Source: the human T2T-CHM13v2.0 reference genome, Homo sapiens
Length of the DNA: 64,000 bases
Assembly: GCF_009914755.1 (NCBI RefSeq)
Contig: NC_060932.1
Reading direction: 5' to 3' (one strand)
Part shown: in pieces, positions 39,562 through 56,653 of the stretch
Position numbering within the stretch: position 1 is the first letter of the stretch
Layout: every line of letters starts with the position of its first letter
The notes under the pieces: model-generated
What the model was told of the DNA's origin: nothing
What the model saw: the letters and a program-made list of their open reading frames with translations, nothing else
Databases searched by the model: none
Position numbers and translations under genes: made by a program

Positions 39562-40140
39562 TGAGGCCAGGTTTTCTGCTTCTCTGATAGCCTCTTAGGC
39601 ATTTTGCCTTTCACAGAGTACTTTTCCATTATTTTATAAAGACCTCCTTCAGGGCCAGATTCTACAGTTTTATAGTTAGAATTTGGTTTCAACAGAAAAT
39701 CTTCAAAAATTACAATTTACTTTTAGTTACACTTCAAGTCAACTAGGATGTCCTGTTTAGAAGCAGGGCTCCAAGCCTTTTTAAAGAACAGTTTATCTTT
39801 CTTTTAAACAAATGAAGGTATTAAACGGCTCACAGATGGAAGGCAGGTTGCCGCATTAAAATAAGTTAGTGCATGGTTTCCTTTTCCCAAATAACTTTCC
39901 TCTTAAAGTGAGGGTATGGGAGAATGGATTAAAATTATAGATTGCTACATATAGACACTTTAAAATCAACGAGCATAGTAACTAGTTGGCATTTTAATAT
40001 TCTTTTAAAAGTAAGTTGCTTAAAAACCCTGGAGGTAGACTATTTAATCATTTGCATGCTAGTTTCTAAGAATTCATAATTAAGCAATTCAGCATGAGAT
40101 GGATTTATAGATGGACTATCTTAGATTTGGTGTTCTCTAG

Positions 40141-42130
40141 CAGGCAGACTTAGTTTCAGTCTGGTGGAAACACTGGATGGTTTCAGCCCAGTATCTGTTT
40201 GCTTTTACTCCCTAAACCCACAACTGGACTTTGAGGAGGAGGTGGGAAGGATGTCATGGGAGGTCACTTCAGGTAGAGTCAGTTCCTGTGATACTGACTG
40301 GCAGCTCCCAGGTCATGAGCAAATGGCAACCTTGGTAGTATGCCTCCACTGCTGTCCAGGCCTTCAGTTCCACTTCTTGTCTTGGAATTCATGACACTTG
40401 AAAGAGAAGAAGTCATCTCATAAAGTGCTGCATAGTATTTCCAGAGAGCTGCATGGCTGTGAAAACATAATTGGAGTTCTAAAAGCTGGCACAGTCTTTT
40501 ATAACAACAGGTAAATGCAGTGACCAGTTTATTTGTGGCTTTTGGTTTCCCACTGCCTGAAAGCAAAAAAAAAAAAAAAAAAAGTGTGTTTTTGAAAATT
40601 AAAGGAAGGACTTTCATTTAAAAATAAAGAAGCTTCAGAATAAAATTACTTCTCCTTTGCCTTTTATGGTACTGACTGATGAAAGGCAGATATATATCTG
40701 GTAAAAATCCTACAATGTATATTAAAATGAGTAAAAAATATCAAAAAATATGGTGACTAGCCAGTATCTTAATATTTTTGAAAAAATAGACTCCTTGAAA
40801 AGCCCTGGAGGTAGAAAATGTAATTACTTTGCATGCCAAAAGAAATGTTTCCATCCTGGGGTCTTGTACAGGCTGAGGGTTCTGGATTATAACAAGTGTG
40901 TCCTTTTTTGTAACTGGCTCTGTAGTAGAAGTAGGTGGACTACAACACATTTCACTGCCCTGGGCTTCTGAGGTCTTTAGATTCACACCTGCCATTTCAA
41001 TGCCCTGAGACTTTTCTTTCTCCTATCTCTCCAAGCTAAAATCGTTGAATCATATCCTGTCATTGGCTGTTCTGTTTATAATAAACTTCATGTGTAAAAT
41101 GACATATTATCAAGAATTGCTTCAGCCATTGACATAGTGTCTGTACTCATGGGGCTTTGTTGTTCAGGCAAGACTGAGATGTCTTTCATTATTTAGTGGG
41201 TGTTTTGATACAGGTCGTGTGAATGTTGTCTGTCAAGCAAAGCAACAGTGCTTTGCCCAGGAACTGAGTTGAGATTCTGATAGATATGGATTATTATCTC
41301 CACTGTCCCCTGCACCCCAAACAGTTTTCTCTTTGGAATAGCTCACGTTATTTCAGGCTCTCTAGAAGTGTGAATGAGGCTAGTGTCTTTCTCAGGGAAA
41401 CTGCCATTTTACTGATTTTTTTCCCAGCAGGCAACAGTCTGTTGGTGATGGATATACTGCTAAGAATAGAGAAAAATGAGAAACTAGAGATACTTGCACA
41501 GGCTTCAGGGGCAAATTTCATTCATGGAGACATTTAGCCCATTTGTTTTTTAAATATCAAATTGTAACAAATCTCCCAAATCTCTCCTATCTTTTAGGGA
41601 CTGGGGGACGGCAGGCAAATAGAACAGTGTTATTCCAGGCATTGTCATTAGCCCGAAACCATCATATAATGATTGTGTTTCTTTTCTATCATATTTCAGC
41701 CACAGTATCATTTCAGGTGTCCCTCAGAAAGACGTCACATCCATAGATGGCACCTTTTAGGGAGGAAGCAGCAGTCAAGGGCCATTAGTACTAGAACACA
41801 GGCCTTTCCTGTCAAGTGCTTTGTCCTCCATATCACTCTGCCTTCCTTTGCGAGATGCCTTAACAAGGCTGCATTCGTGTGTCTGAGAGATCATCAGTAC
41901 AGGTTCTAAGGCCAAACAGGTTGTAAGAAGAAGGTGATGATCAAGCATGGCATTTTACATCATCAGTCCTTAGTTAAGAAAAATATGGGCATTCCTGAGG
42001 GCTGTCATAAGTGGCCAGAAATCAGGGTCTGTAAAGTCCAAGGTACGGGAGAACTGGAAGCAATGAGTAACTCATGTTTGATGTACAGAGATGATTGTAC
42101 CCAGTGTTACCATTTACAGAGAAGGCATCC
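40141..42130 (+). pseudogene. Fossil exons: first UPF1-like (SF1B) helicase domain
   Basis: VPVILTGS/PG..ATLV (40282-40345, frameshifted Walker A region). YNNS|gtaaat donor at 40510. ADIYL 40686-40700 (AADIYI). SRIASAID ~41110 (TRLVLAGD). PLHPKQFSL 41307 (PPHPRHYPL). IIST ~41890 (VLST). GTGELEAMS ~42042 (VGDAVALCS). Confidence 0.65.
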
Positions 42131-42819
42131 AAACCATAATAAGCAAAATGCTAGACTAGATGTCACTGGGCAGGGCTGGGATTGGGGGGTGTTGGAGGTA
42201 GAATATCACCAGGTGGCAGTTAGATACTCATTGCTGGCATTTTATCCAGACACCAGAAGAACATGATCATTGTAAGTATATTTGTTATCTCTCCTACCTC
42301 CACCCCCTACAAGAATTCTTAAAAATACTGCTAGTGAGTGCATAGGGAGGATCCGTATCTCATTTCTTTTGTGTGGTTCATGTAATTCTGTCATCTTTGA
42401 CTTCTATAATGATGCCTAGGTAGGGAAGAGTGCCAAATGGTCCTTAGCCCTCAAATTCCTGCCAATTGCTGAGTTGCTGATAGTATTCTCTACTGCAGGG
42501 GATATACCAGGACAATTAGCTTTAGCTCAAAACCATTTATCAGAGAATGTGGGAGACTGACTCCTGGCACTTGTTTGTGTCATGTGAGATATGCTATTTG
42601 TCTAAAAACTATCCTTTTCACATTTAATAGTTACTGTTTGCTAGTCAGAACTTCCAAAATCTTTTCCTTGGAGATTTCCTTCTGAAAATGTCAGTATCTC
42701 CTGACTTTCAGAGCAAATTGAGGGTTACTGTTCTTAACAGGTATCTCATTCTGCCTTCAAGTGTGGTTACTTGATACAGATGTCTTCTTTCCCCTTCCTC
42801 GTGGATTCGTTGTGGTCTC

Positions 42820-43790
42820 TGCAGCAGTATTTCTCAGTGTGTGTTCTATGGGCTGCCTATATCCGCATCATTTAGAGTCCTTGTTAACGAGGCAAATTCC
42901 AGGGGCCCAACCTTACTTAGAGTATCCAGGATTCTTCACTTTAAATAGCCATCATACTCTCCCTGTGGTCCTTAATGTATGTTAAAGTTTGGGTAACGGT
43001 TCATGTAGAATCTTGTAATATGATCTGTGTACCTGACAGCTAGTTCGAAATGCAGAATCTCAGCCCCCACGTTAGATCTACTAAATCAGAATCTACATTT
43101 CAATAAAATGCTACATGAAAATATGGATGTGAATTGCTTTACAACTCTTTATAAGTAGGAAGCACTCATTAATTAATCACTGACTGTTGGTTTGTGGATC
43201 TGCTTTTCATATATTCTACTTTTCTAAAAAAAAGAAACAAAACAGCTTTTAGCTTCTTGGAAATTGTGGGGGTGTCTCAGAAGAATTGTTCTCTTATTAC
43301 ATTATTCACAGTAAAGAATAATAGTGAAAGTTCATGCTATCACTAGTATAAGCACAGATTTAGCTATTTCCTCCTAAATAACTGCAGAAGTACCTTATAA
43401 AATCTAATTGCAAATCTGTTTCTTATACAAAAGTGTCTAATTTTTCTCTGCCTGTGTGAGATTCACTCACGGCCTGATTCAAAGGCCTCTGCTCCAAGAT
43501 CAAGAAAATCTTCCCAACGATCTTCAGTGGCACTTGGCAATAGGAGCTTTCAAGGGCCACAATCTCATCTCAGTGGGAGTAGGTACAATTGAATGTTATT
43601 TGTATGTTTTTTTAAAACTAGAAAACCTTCCTGTGGATTTAGTCATATTTCCCAAATGTGCTTGATCAGGAAGTTCATCTGTATTGCTTATTAAAAATTC
43701 ATACTCCTAAGCCTCATCCCCAGATCGACTGAATCAGAATTTCTGGGAGGGATCTCCAGCAGTCTCTTAACAGACATCCTGGACATTCTT
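42820..43790. mobile_element. MER5A-like hAT fragments (42820-42990, 43040-43110, 43690-43790)
   Basis: gcagtatttctca..., aaatgcagaatctcagccccc...actaaatcagaatct. Confidence 0.65.
43461..43582 (+). pseudogene. Fossil exon, cold-shock/OB domain preceding RNB; possibly still spliced as a noncoding exon
   Basis: Pyrimidine tract plus AG at 43459-43460 and GT donors after 43578 or 43582. GNRSFQG/HNLISVGV resembles the DIS3-family NRA.xGDxVxV motif. Confidence 0.45.
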
Positions 43791-44584
43791 GAGATCAGGC
43801 ATATTTAAGAAATACTGAATTATGTGATCCTTCTCCCAGCAGATTACCTTTCTGATTATATTTTTTTGAAATCATATCATCCCTTTTGTTTTCTTGAACA
43901 TACTTTACCCCAGCAGCAGTAAAGAGGCAGCTCAGGATTGCTAGTTTAGTATTGAAAACCAGAAAGTGTGTATAGCTAAATACTGCATGATATTGTTTGT
44001 CCATAATGTAAGCATACTTGATTAACGAGTATTAACTTAGTGTGAGTTTATTAACTTATTAACTTATTCATACTATTGTCTGTTCCATGGATAGTGTCCT
44101 GAAGATGGCAAGTGTTACATTTAGTCTGCAAGGAAACAAGATCTAAAACAGTAAAATGACGAACCGTCATGAAGTACATTAGGGGTATATGTGTAGGGGC
44201 TGATGGGGAGAGGTTATATGTGTGATTTGCCATGTCTTACTCTGCAACTCCTTTTCTTAACATTAAACTTGTGAGTGTGCTTCAACCTCAGGGACAAATT
44301 GTTGTTATTTAGAGAAATGAATTATGCATTCTTTTCCTTATAATTACATAGTTTATGTACCATCCTCTTTGAACGTAGCAGAAGGATTTGTTTCTTATAA
44401 AGAAATAAATGTGTTGGCCTCTAATTTAGTATTGGAGTAATCCTTGTGTCTCAGACAAAAAGATGAATTATCAAATACTTTAGGGTACTACTGTGTTACA
44501 CATTGTTGAATCTATTATTTGTGTGTATAAATCCATGATTAAATTAAGTAGTGTTATCTAATTTGAGTTCTTAAATTCTTGGGT

Positions 44585-44896
44585 TTCTTTTTGTTTGTTT
44601 GGTTTGTTTTTTTGAGACAGAGTCTTACTCTGTTAGCCCAGGCTGGAGTGCAGTGGCATGATCTTGTCTCACTGCAACCTCTGCCTCCCGATTCACGCAA
44701 TTCTCCTGCCTCAGCCTCCCAAGTAGCTGGGATTACAGGCACCCGCCATCACACCCGGCTAATTTTTGTATTTTTAGAAGAGACGGGGTTTCGCCATGTT
44801 GGCCAGGCTGGTCTCGAATTCCTGATCTCAAGTGATCCGCCTGCCTTGGCCTCCCAAAGTGTTAGGATTACAGGCATGAGCCACCATGCCCGGCCT
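44585..44896 (-). mobile_element. Alu
   Basis: Alu consensus. Confidence 0.95.
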
Positions 44897-45381
44897 CAAA
44901 TTCTTGTATTTTATAAATCATTTCATGGGTTTAAATTCTTGCTTATGATGGATAAGTGAGAAGGGAGTCTTTTCCTCTTAAAACTAAATTCCTGACCATT
45001 TCTGTGAAATAATTTAAATACTACCCAGTTAGGGCTTTCTCTAAGTGAGTGTGTCATTCCAATGCAAAAGGAAACTTAGATCCCTGGTCTGAGGAAATTT
45101 AAATCTCTGATTCAAAGTTATAGTGATAAGTGAATGAGATACCTTGCCTACTCTCAAGGAATTTATAATTAAATTGGAGAGGACTTAACTAAAGCCTGTG
45201 AAACAATTAAAAAAAAAAGTAAGTCCTGACTGTGGTATAAACAATGCATTAGGAGTACAGAAGAGAAAAAGAATTGGGGCAGTGGGGAAAGCTGCTTTGG
45301 GGAAGGAGAGTTTAATTTGGGCTTCTAAGAGTAGAAGAGAGCCTTCTCTGGAAGTAAAGAATAATTATAAGAGACAATGCA

Positions 45382-45692
45382 GGCCGGGCGTGGGAGCTCA
45401 CGCCTGTAATCCCAGCACTTTGGGAGGCCAAGGTGGGTGGATCACGAGGTCAGGAGATTGAGACCATCCTGGCTAACATGGTGAAACCCCAACTCTACTA
45501 AAAATACAAAAAAATTAGCCAGGCGTGGTGGTGGGCGCCTGTAGTCGCAACTACTCGGGAGGCTGAGTCGGGAGAATGGCATGAACACAGGAGGCGGAGC
45601 TTGCAGTGAGCTGAGATCACGCCACTGCACTCGAGCCTGGGCGACAGAGTGAGACTCCGTCTCAAAAAATAAATAAAAATAAATAAATAAAA
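45382..45692 (+). mobile_element. AluY
   Basis: AluY diagnostics (gagaccatcctggctaac, gagcttgcag); TSD agacaatgc. Confidence 0.95.
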
Positions 45693-46169
45693 GACAATGC
45701 TTTTATTCGGGAATAAGCAATGTGTGGTATTAAGACTGAGCCAGTAGAACCCAGGGAGGTAATGAATGGAACATCTGAAGGCCAGAGGCTTGGGGATTTT
45801 GTTTTGATATAATTGGAAGAAACTGATGCATGCTAGCAGTGTTGAATGAGGTCAGAAGAGCAATAATTTTGTTGTGTGTGTGTTTTTTAATGCATTTCAA
45901 AAACTAAATGTGTGTCTTTCTGTGTGTATGTTATATATGTATCTGATATTTGTTGTTTTTTAGCGTTTCTAGTTTTTGTCATCTAAGATGACACTGCAAA
46001 TAAAATCGAAAATTTCTGATGAGTGGTATACTCTCCAGCAAAGATGAAGATATTTGGGCAAAAAAATGATGCTTGTGCTAGCCTTAAAAGGTCATCGAAG
46101 GTCTGTGAGCCAGTTGTCTAAGCGCTGCTTACACTCTGATGGTGTTGAGGGATGAGGTGTAAGGCTAAG

Positions 46170-47070
<901 letters not shown>

Positions 47071-47356
47071 ACAGATATATTACAAATCTGTATTCTCATT
47101 CACAGGTTAAACTTTGTAAATTCCAAGGTCCTGAAAGGTGGTGGTCATGGTGGTAGTAGTATAAATAAGCATTTCAGACTGGAAATTCAGTATTAATAAT
47201 GAAATATTTGTGTTTAATTTGTTTAGTGATATGCAATTTGTTCAGTGGTAATGTTCTGTTTCTTTAATAGCAATTGAAGCACTATTTTATTATGGGTGAC
47301 TTCTCAAAATATCTGTAGCTAAATGAAATCCTAAGTTTTAGAATTTGATTTACATT

Positions 47357-47633
47357 CTTTTTTTTTTTTGAGATGGAGTCTTGCTCTGTTGCCTAGTCTG
47401 GAGTGCAGTGGTGCGATGGCTCCAACCTCTGCCTCCCGGGTTCAAGTGATTCTCCTGCCTTAGCCTCCTGAGTAGCTGGGATTACAGGCGCACACCACCA
47501 CACCCAGCTAATTTTTAGTAGAGACGGGGTTTCACCATTTTGGTCAGGCTGGTCTCAAACTCCTGACCTCGTGATCTGCCCACCTCAGCCTCCCAAAGTG
47601 CTGGGATTACAGGCGTGAGCCACCGCCCTAGCC
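47357..47633 (-). mobile_element. Alu
   Basis: Alu consensus. Confidence 0.94.
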
Positions 47634-47711
47634 TTGATTTATATTCTTTAAGTATTTTTTCTGTCCCTGCTAGCAGAAAGTGTAACAAGGTAGCATTTGA
47701 GGAGTTTATAT

Positions 47712-48040
47712 ATTCATCCCTCAGTATTTGTGGGGGGATCGGTTCCAGGACTTCTGAGGATACCAAAACCTGGATGCCCAAGTCTCTGATATAAAATGGG
47801 CATGGTATTTGCATATAACCTATGCACATCCTCCTGTACATTTGAATCATCTCTAGGTTACTTACAATAGCTAATATGATATAAATGCTATGTAAATAGG
47901 TATACTATAATGTTTAGGGAATGATGACCTAAAAAAGTCTGTACATGTTCACTACAGATGCATTTTTTTTCCTCAGAATATTTTTGATCTGTGGTTGGTT
48001 GAATCCATGATGTGGAACTCACAGATAGCAAGGGCCTACT
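47712..48040. mobile_element. MER2 (TcMar-Tigger) element
   Basis: ccctcagtatttgtggggga..ggttccaggac...gtatttgcatataacctatgcacatcctcc...ggttggttgaatcc. Confidence 0.88.
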
Positions 48041-48069
48041 GAATTTGTTTAACAAAAAAACCTTGGGTC

Positions 48070-49178
<1,109 letters not shown>

Positions 49179-50532
49179 TCATTCTATTTTAATTATTACA
49201 TGAAACATAAATAGATTGTACAGTTTAAATAAATATAAATATGTGGTGAAAAGTGGCTCGATTGACAGGTTCTCAATGGCAAGAAGTAGGTCTTCCCACC
49301 TGGTGTTCGGTGACCTCTATGCTTTTAACAAAAGCCTTTCATTATACCTTTGGAGTTGGAATGGAACTTGGAGATCAACCCTTGTACACTTTCATTTCAT
49401 AAATAAGGAAATTGAGACCCAACAAGGTCAGTCCCTAAGCCCTCAACAGTTTGTTCTAAAACAGAAACATGATTTAAGCCACACTCCTCAATTTAATGGT
49501 CTTTTCCTCCCATTATAGTCATTAAAAATTTATACAGTGCCAGATTAAATAGCTCAATAAACTTTAAAAAATATTTTAGATCAATTTAAAAGTACATATA
49601 ATCATGTTAACCTAGATTATTTCTCAACCACAAACCTCGCCCTTTTTTTCCTCTCACATTTGTTGTCTTTTGTTGTTTCCAGCAGGCACATAACATTGCT
49701 AGTTGTACATCATAGCAAGACTTGTAAGATCTGTGTCTCTTTACATAGTTACACATGCATATAAGCAACATATAAACTTAATATTGACTTGATTCATGCA
49801 ACCACATAAATGGTTAACAGACATAATTAGGTGGTTATCAGATTAAACAAATATGTCTTTGGTGGAGAGTACTAAGTAGGATGGGGCATATTAATTGTAG
49901 CCTAAATGTACTGAATGTATTCTGAAATTTGAAATGCAAACAATTGGAAAAGCTAATCTAAACTAAAAATCCAAACTTAAAAATATCTAAACTTTAAAAT
50001 GGAAGTTTGCTTTTTTACTGGAAGTACTCATTATCAGCACTGGGCTTTATAGTGTTAAGTAAACTAGTTTGCGAATTAGAGAAAGGCACTAATGTAAAAT
50101 AGGTTGTGTTCTAAAAACTTGTATTTCAGCCATGTGGTGTTTTAAATAGTGGCTGGATGGATTTTTTTCTGTAGAAACAGTTTTAGAAAAGTGGATGGTT
50201 CTTAGTAGAGAGCTCACCAAAGCCCTGTTAGCCTACATATACATCTATGCTCTGTGAACGTCCCTAGGCTTGACACTCTTAGTCTTTTTCCTGGTATTAG
50301 CTTCAAAATATTTTACATTTATATTATTGCTATTTATTTTCTATATTACATCAGATATATCTGGAATTAAGTATAGATATTAAAGGAGACTATAGCTAAG
50401 ATTTCTTATACTACCGTAAAAAGTAGTGATTAAACAAATCAGGAAAATTATAAGTTGAAACCTCTCTTTTTAAAGGGTCGTGTTTATTTTATTGCCTTTT
50501 AGATTATTGAATCTAGTCAATTAAAATTAATG

Positions 50533-50820
50533 GAGCTGGGTGTGGTGGCTCACGCCTGTAATCCCAGCACTTTGGGAGGCTGAGGTGGGTGGATCACTTG
50601 AGCTCAGGAGTTCGATAAATGTTTTGACATTTTGTATTTCTCTACCAAAAACACAAAAAATTAGCCAGGCATGGTGGCATATACTTGTGGTCCCAGCCAC
50701 TTGGGAAGCTGAGGTGGGGGAGGATCTCTTGAGTCTGGTAGGTGGAGTTTGTAGTGAGCCGAGATCACACCACTGCATTCCAGCCTGGGTGACAGACCCC
50801 ATCTGAAAAAAAAAAAAAAG
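50533..50820 (+). mobile_element. Alu with a non-Alu internal patch
   Basis: Alu consensus except ~50615-50640. Confidence 0.92.
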
Positions 50821-51059
50821 AAATTAACGGGAAAAAGACCAGTCTTCTGGTGGGACTTTAAAGTAAAAATGCATATGCACCCCTAACTACATAGCTTCTA
50901 CTGCCTAGCTTTACCAACTGATACCAATCTCTTCATTGATGTTGATATAATTATTTATTCCTGACAGGATTATGGCATCATAAAGAAGTGATTTATATAA
51001 TCTAAATAGGCCCCTTATAAAAAGTGACTTGATAACTTTTAGGGACAATTTTTCTTCAA

Positions 51060-52485
<1,426 letters not shown>

Positions 52486-52999
52486 TGATTTTTTGTTGTT
52501 GTTGTTGTTTTTAATCTCAAAAATGGAATATAAAGAGAGACAGAGATTTTCCTGATGGGCCAAAAGTTGACTGAGATCTAAGAAATGGATTTTGGAAGGA
52601 TGCATGAGGAGCATGATGGTGGGGTGCTGGCCAGAGTGAAATTTGCCCGCGGCCTTTTACAAAGGTAGACAGAGTGATGGTAATGAAGAGATTTTGAGTC
52701 ATACTATTGGGGTCCGTAATACGAAAAATGCTTCTACTTTGAGTTATGCATTGGTTCCTTTTAGGATGCAGACTTACTTTCTCTCTTGCCCACCTCAAGC
52801 CTGTGTATAACAGTTGCATGATAATACCATCACATGCACCTTCTCTTAGGATTGCCTTTGGTACATGAAAATGCATCTTTTTTGTGAACATTGTAAGCCA
52901 CCTTATAATAGATAACATTTTTCTGAGCCCTTACTATGAACCAAGCATTGAAATCTATGCACATTGCATGTAGTTAACTCATTTAATCCTTGCAAAAAC

Positions 53000-53460
53000 T
53001 ATGTAGCAAATTACCCCAAATTTACCAGCTTAACAGTTATTTAGGAGCAGCTTGGCTAGGTGGATCTAGCTCAGGGTCATAAGGTTGGAATCACAACATT
53101 TTAGCTGGGGCTGCGGTCATCTGAAGACTTGACTAGGCGTGGGAGATCTGCTTCTAAGATGGCTCACTCACATGGCTTTTGGCCAGAGGCCTCTGTTACT
53201 CATCACGTGGACCACCCCATAGGGTTAAAATATTATCACAACATGACAACTGGCTTCACTCAGAGTGAGTAATTCAAGAGCTGCTTCTGCTAAAGAAGCC
53301 AGAATACCTTTTTTGATGCAGTCTTAGAAGTCATACACTGTCACTTCTGCCATACTCTGCTCACTAGAAGCGAATCACTTAAGTGAAGCCATGCTAAAGG
53401 TGAAGGGGATTAAGCTCCACTTCTTTAAGGGAGGAATATCAAAGAAATTGTGGACATAGT
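53000..53460 (-). mobile_element. MLT1F-like MaLR LTR inserted in a MIR
   Basis: gctggggctgcggtcatctgaag...aagatggctcactcacatggct...gaagtcatacactgtcacttctgcc. Confidence 0.8.
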
Positions 53461-53629
53461 TTAATATGAGGAAACTTAGGAAGGGAAAGGTTAAGTGATT
53501 TGTCCAAGTGCATACCTTGTGAGTTGCAGAACCTGGATTTGAATCCCAGCAGACTCCATGTGTTTTTGGTTGTTCTGTGAACCACATGCTTTGAGCACTT
53601 AACCTCTTGAATGCATATTCGAACTCACA

Positions 53630-53905
53630 AGGTTTGGTGGCCCAAGCCTGTAATCCCAGGACTTGGGGAGGTGGAGGTGGGTGGATCACTTGATCCCAAC
53701 AGTTCAAGACCAGTCTAGGCAACATAGGGAGACCTCATTTCTACAAATACAGAAAACAAAAAAATTAGCCAGGCCCGCTGTGAATACCTGTTGTCTTAGC
53801 TACTTGACAGGCTTAGGCAGGAGGATCTTTTTGAGCCAAGGAGGTTGAGGCTGCAGTGAGCTATGATTGTGCCAGTGCAACCCGTTTCTTTAAAATAAAA
53901 AAAGT
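53630..53905 (+). mobile_element. Alu (J-type)
   Basis: Diverged Alu consensus. Confidence 0.9.
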
Positions 53906-55250
53906 TATAATGACTTTCTTCATATTTACGTGTTCATATCTAGATATTCATGAATGATACGGCCCTCTCTTTTATATCTGGTTTAGTACTTTGACTCAAT
54001 TTTTACATTCACTCATTTAGTTGATAGATACTGATCACCTCCTGCCAAGTACTGGGATGCTCACCATCATATGGGAAAGAACTTTCAATTTAAAGGTGAA
54101 CTAACTGACCTGGCACCAAGGAATTTAAACTATATATTGGGTAATTTCTGATAACTAAATATTGGGAAATAAACCTCCCCCCACCCCAGCTTTCTAGTTC
54201 ACACCTTCTCTAATTGTTAGAAGCATATTGCATAGTTTTAAGAATGCATTGTAAACTGAAGTTGGCAATGGGATGAAGTTCCTCAGATAGAGTTTGTCTA
54301 CTGCTAATATCAAAAGCAATAAATACTTGAGAGTCCTGGGCAATGTTGAAACTGTAAACTGCCAATGTCTGTTTTTTCTTCCTGGTACTTTAAATGACCA
54401 TGAACTCTGTGTTGTCTGGGTTAGTTTTAACTAGGTAGTTTGAGAGATGTGAAATGACTTGTTTCTTTGAACAAATCTGTTTTGTAAAATGAGTCACCCA
54501 GATTATGCAAAAAGAGAAAGGAAGAGAGGTCTTAGAATTTTGATAAGATCTTTTTCATATTCTGTGCTTGTATTTCATTTTGTCAGTCCATGGAAAAGTC
54601 TTTATTGTGGTGATCATTTTGACATTAAACTTCAGGGTACTTAGGGTGAAACCGTAAGGGCATGTACACCTTAGGGCATTAGAATGCAACTTTATGTTCA
54701 TAATACATTGGACTGATGTATACATTTAAAAACTTAATGTTTTAGCAGTGTATGCAGTGAAATTGTATGAAAAGTAACATTTCATAGGCTGACTAGGGTT
54801 GAAATAGAGCAAGCCACCTAAAAATTAGTTAGAAGAACTAGAGGATGGAGTAAGAACAGGACCAGAGTTAAGGGATGAAGCATCCTGCCTTTATAAGGAA
54901 CTTCTTGTTGAACTCTAAGGATTTGACAACCATGTTTCTTATTTGACAGCATTCAGTGAATTTCCTAATATCAAGGTTAAGTTCTCTCATGTATACACAC
55001 ATATATCTAGTTTCCTGTCTAGCCTAATTCACACATTAAATTCTTGATTTGTATCTGATATACCTCCCTCCTTCTGTGTCTGACAGTACTAAGGGAATTT
55101 CTTAATAATGAGGTTAAGTGTTCACATGTGCAGACACTTCTCTTGCCTATACTTTGGCAGCTTAAAATCCTAGGAATTCTCACTTTTTCTCTTTTCCTTT
55201 TAGATATATGGCAGACATGAGGAATGGCCTGAGTTGGAGTTTGCTTCTTA

Positions 55251-55580
<330 letters not shown>

Positions 55581-56024
55581 TTAGGAAACATTCTGATTAG
55601 AAGTCAGCATTGGATTGGGCTGGGATTGGCTCCTCAAAGATTGAACATAGTGGTGTGGTATACCCAGTGCTAACTTGCTGTCCGTATTCTCTGAACATGT
55701 CTGAGCAGTGCTCAGGTCCTGCCTTATGAATTATGGAACATCATTGTTCTTCTCTCTTCCACCTGTGCTCCCATTAGTCTTCCTTCTTCCCATTATCCTA
55801 CCAAAAACTTTGTGATCACCTTGGCAAAGGGACCCTGGTTTCCATAGGCCCTAAATCAGGGTATGAATTTGGTTATTCTACAGATTGTGTCAGCCAATAA
55901 CTGTCACTTACAGCAAATACTAGTGGATCCCTCAAAACTAGGGAGTCACGTACTCTGGATAATTATTAATATATGGATGGCTTTTTCTTTTAGAAAGGAA
56001 AGAGCAATGATTAATATTAAAATA

Positions 56025-56653
<629 letters not shown>

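Larger units (their letters stand above)
52550..54560 (+). pseudogene. Fossil exons: RNB-to-second-helicase linker
   Basis: LPAAF 52643 (LEAAF), LPGTL...EL 54378-54407 (RPGTLFTVEL), RKEE 54515. The 133-aa minus-strand ORF 52517-52918 is codon-aligned antisense to this frame. Confidence 0.5.

Noticed and set aside
52517-52918. 133-aa minus-strand ORF
   Set aside because: No recognisable domain; best explained as an antisense shadow of the decayed + strand exon.
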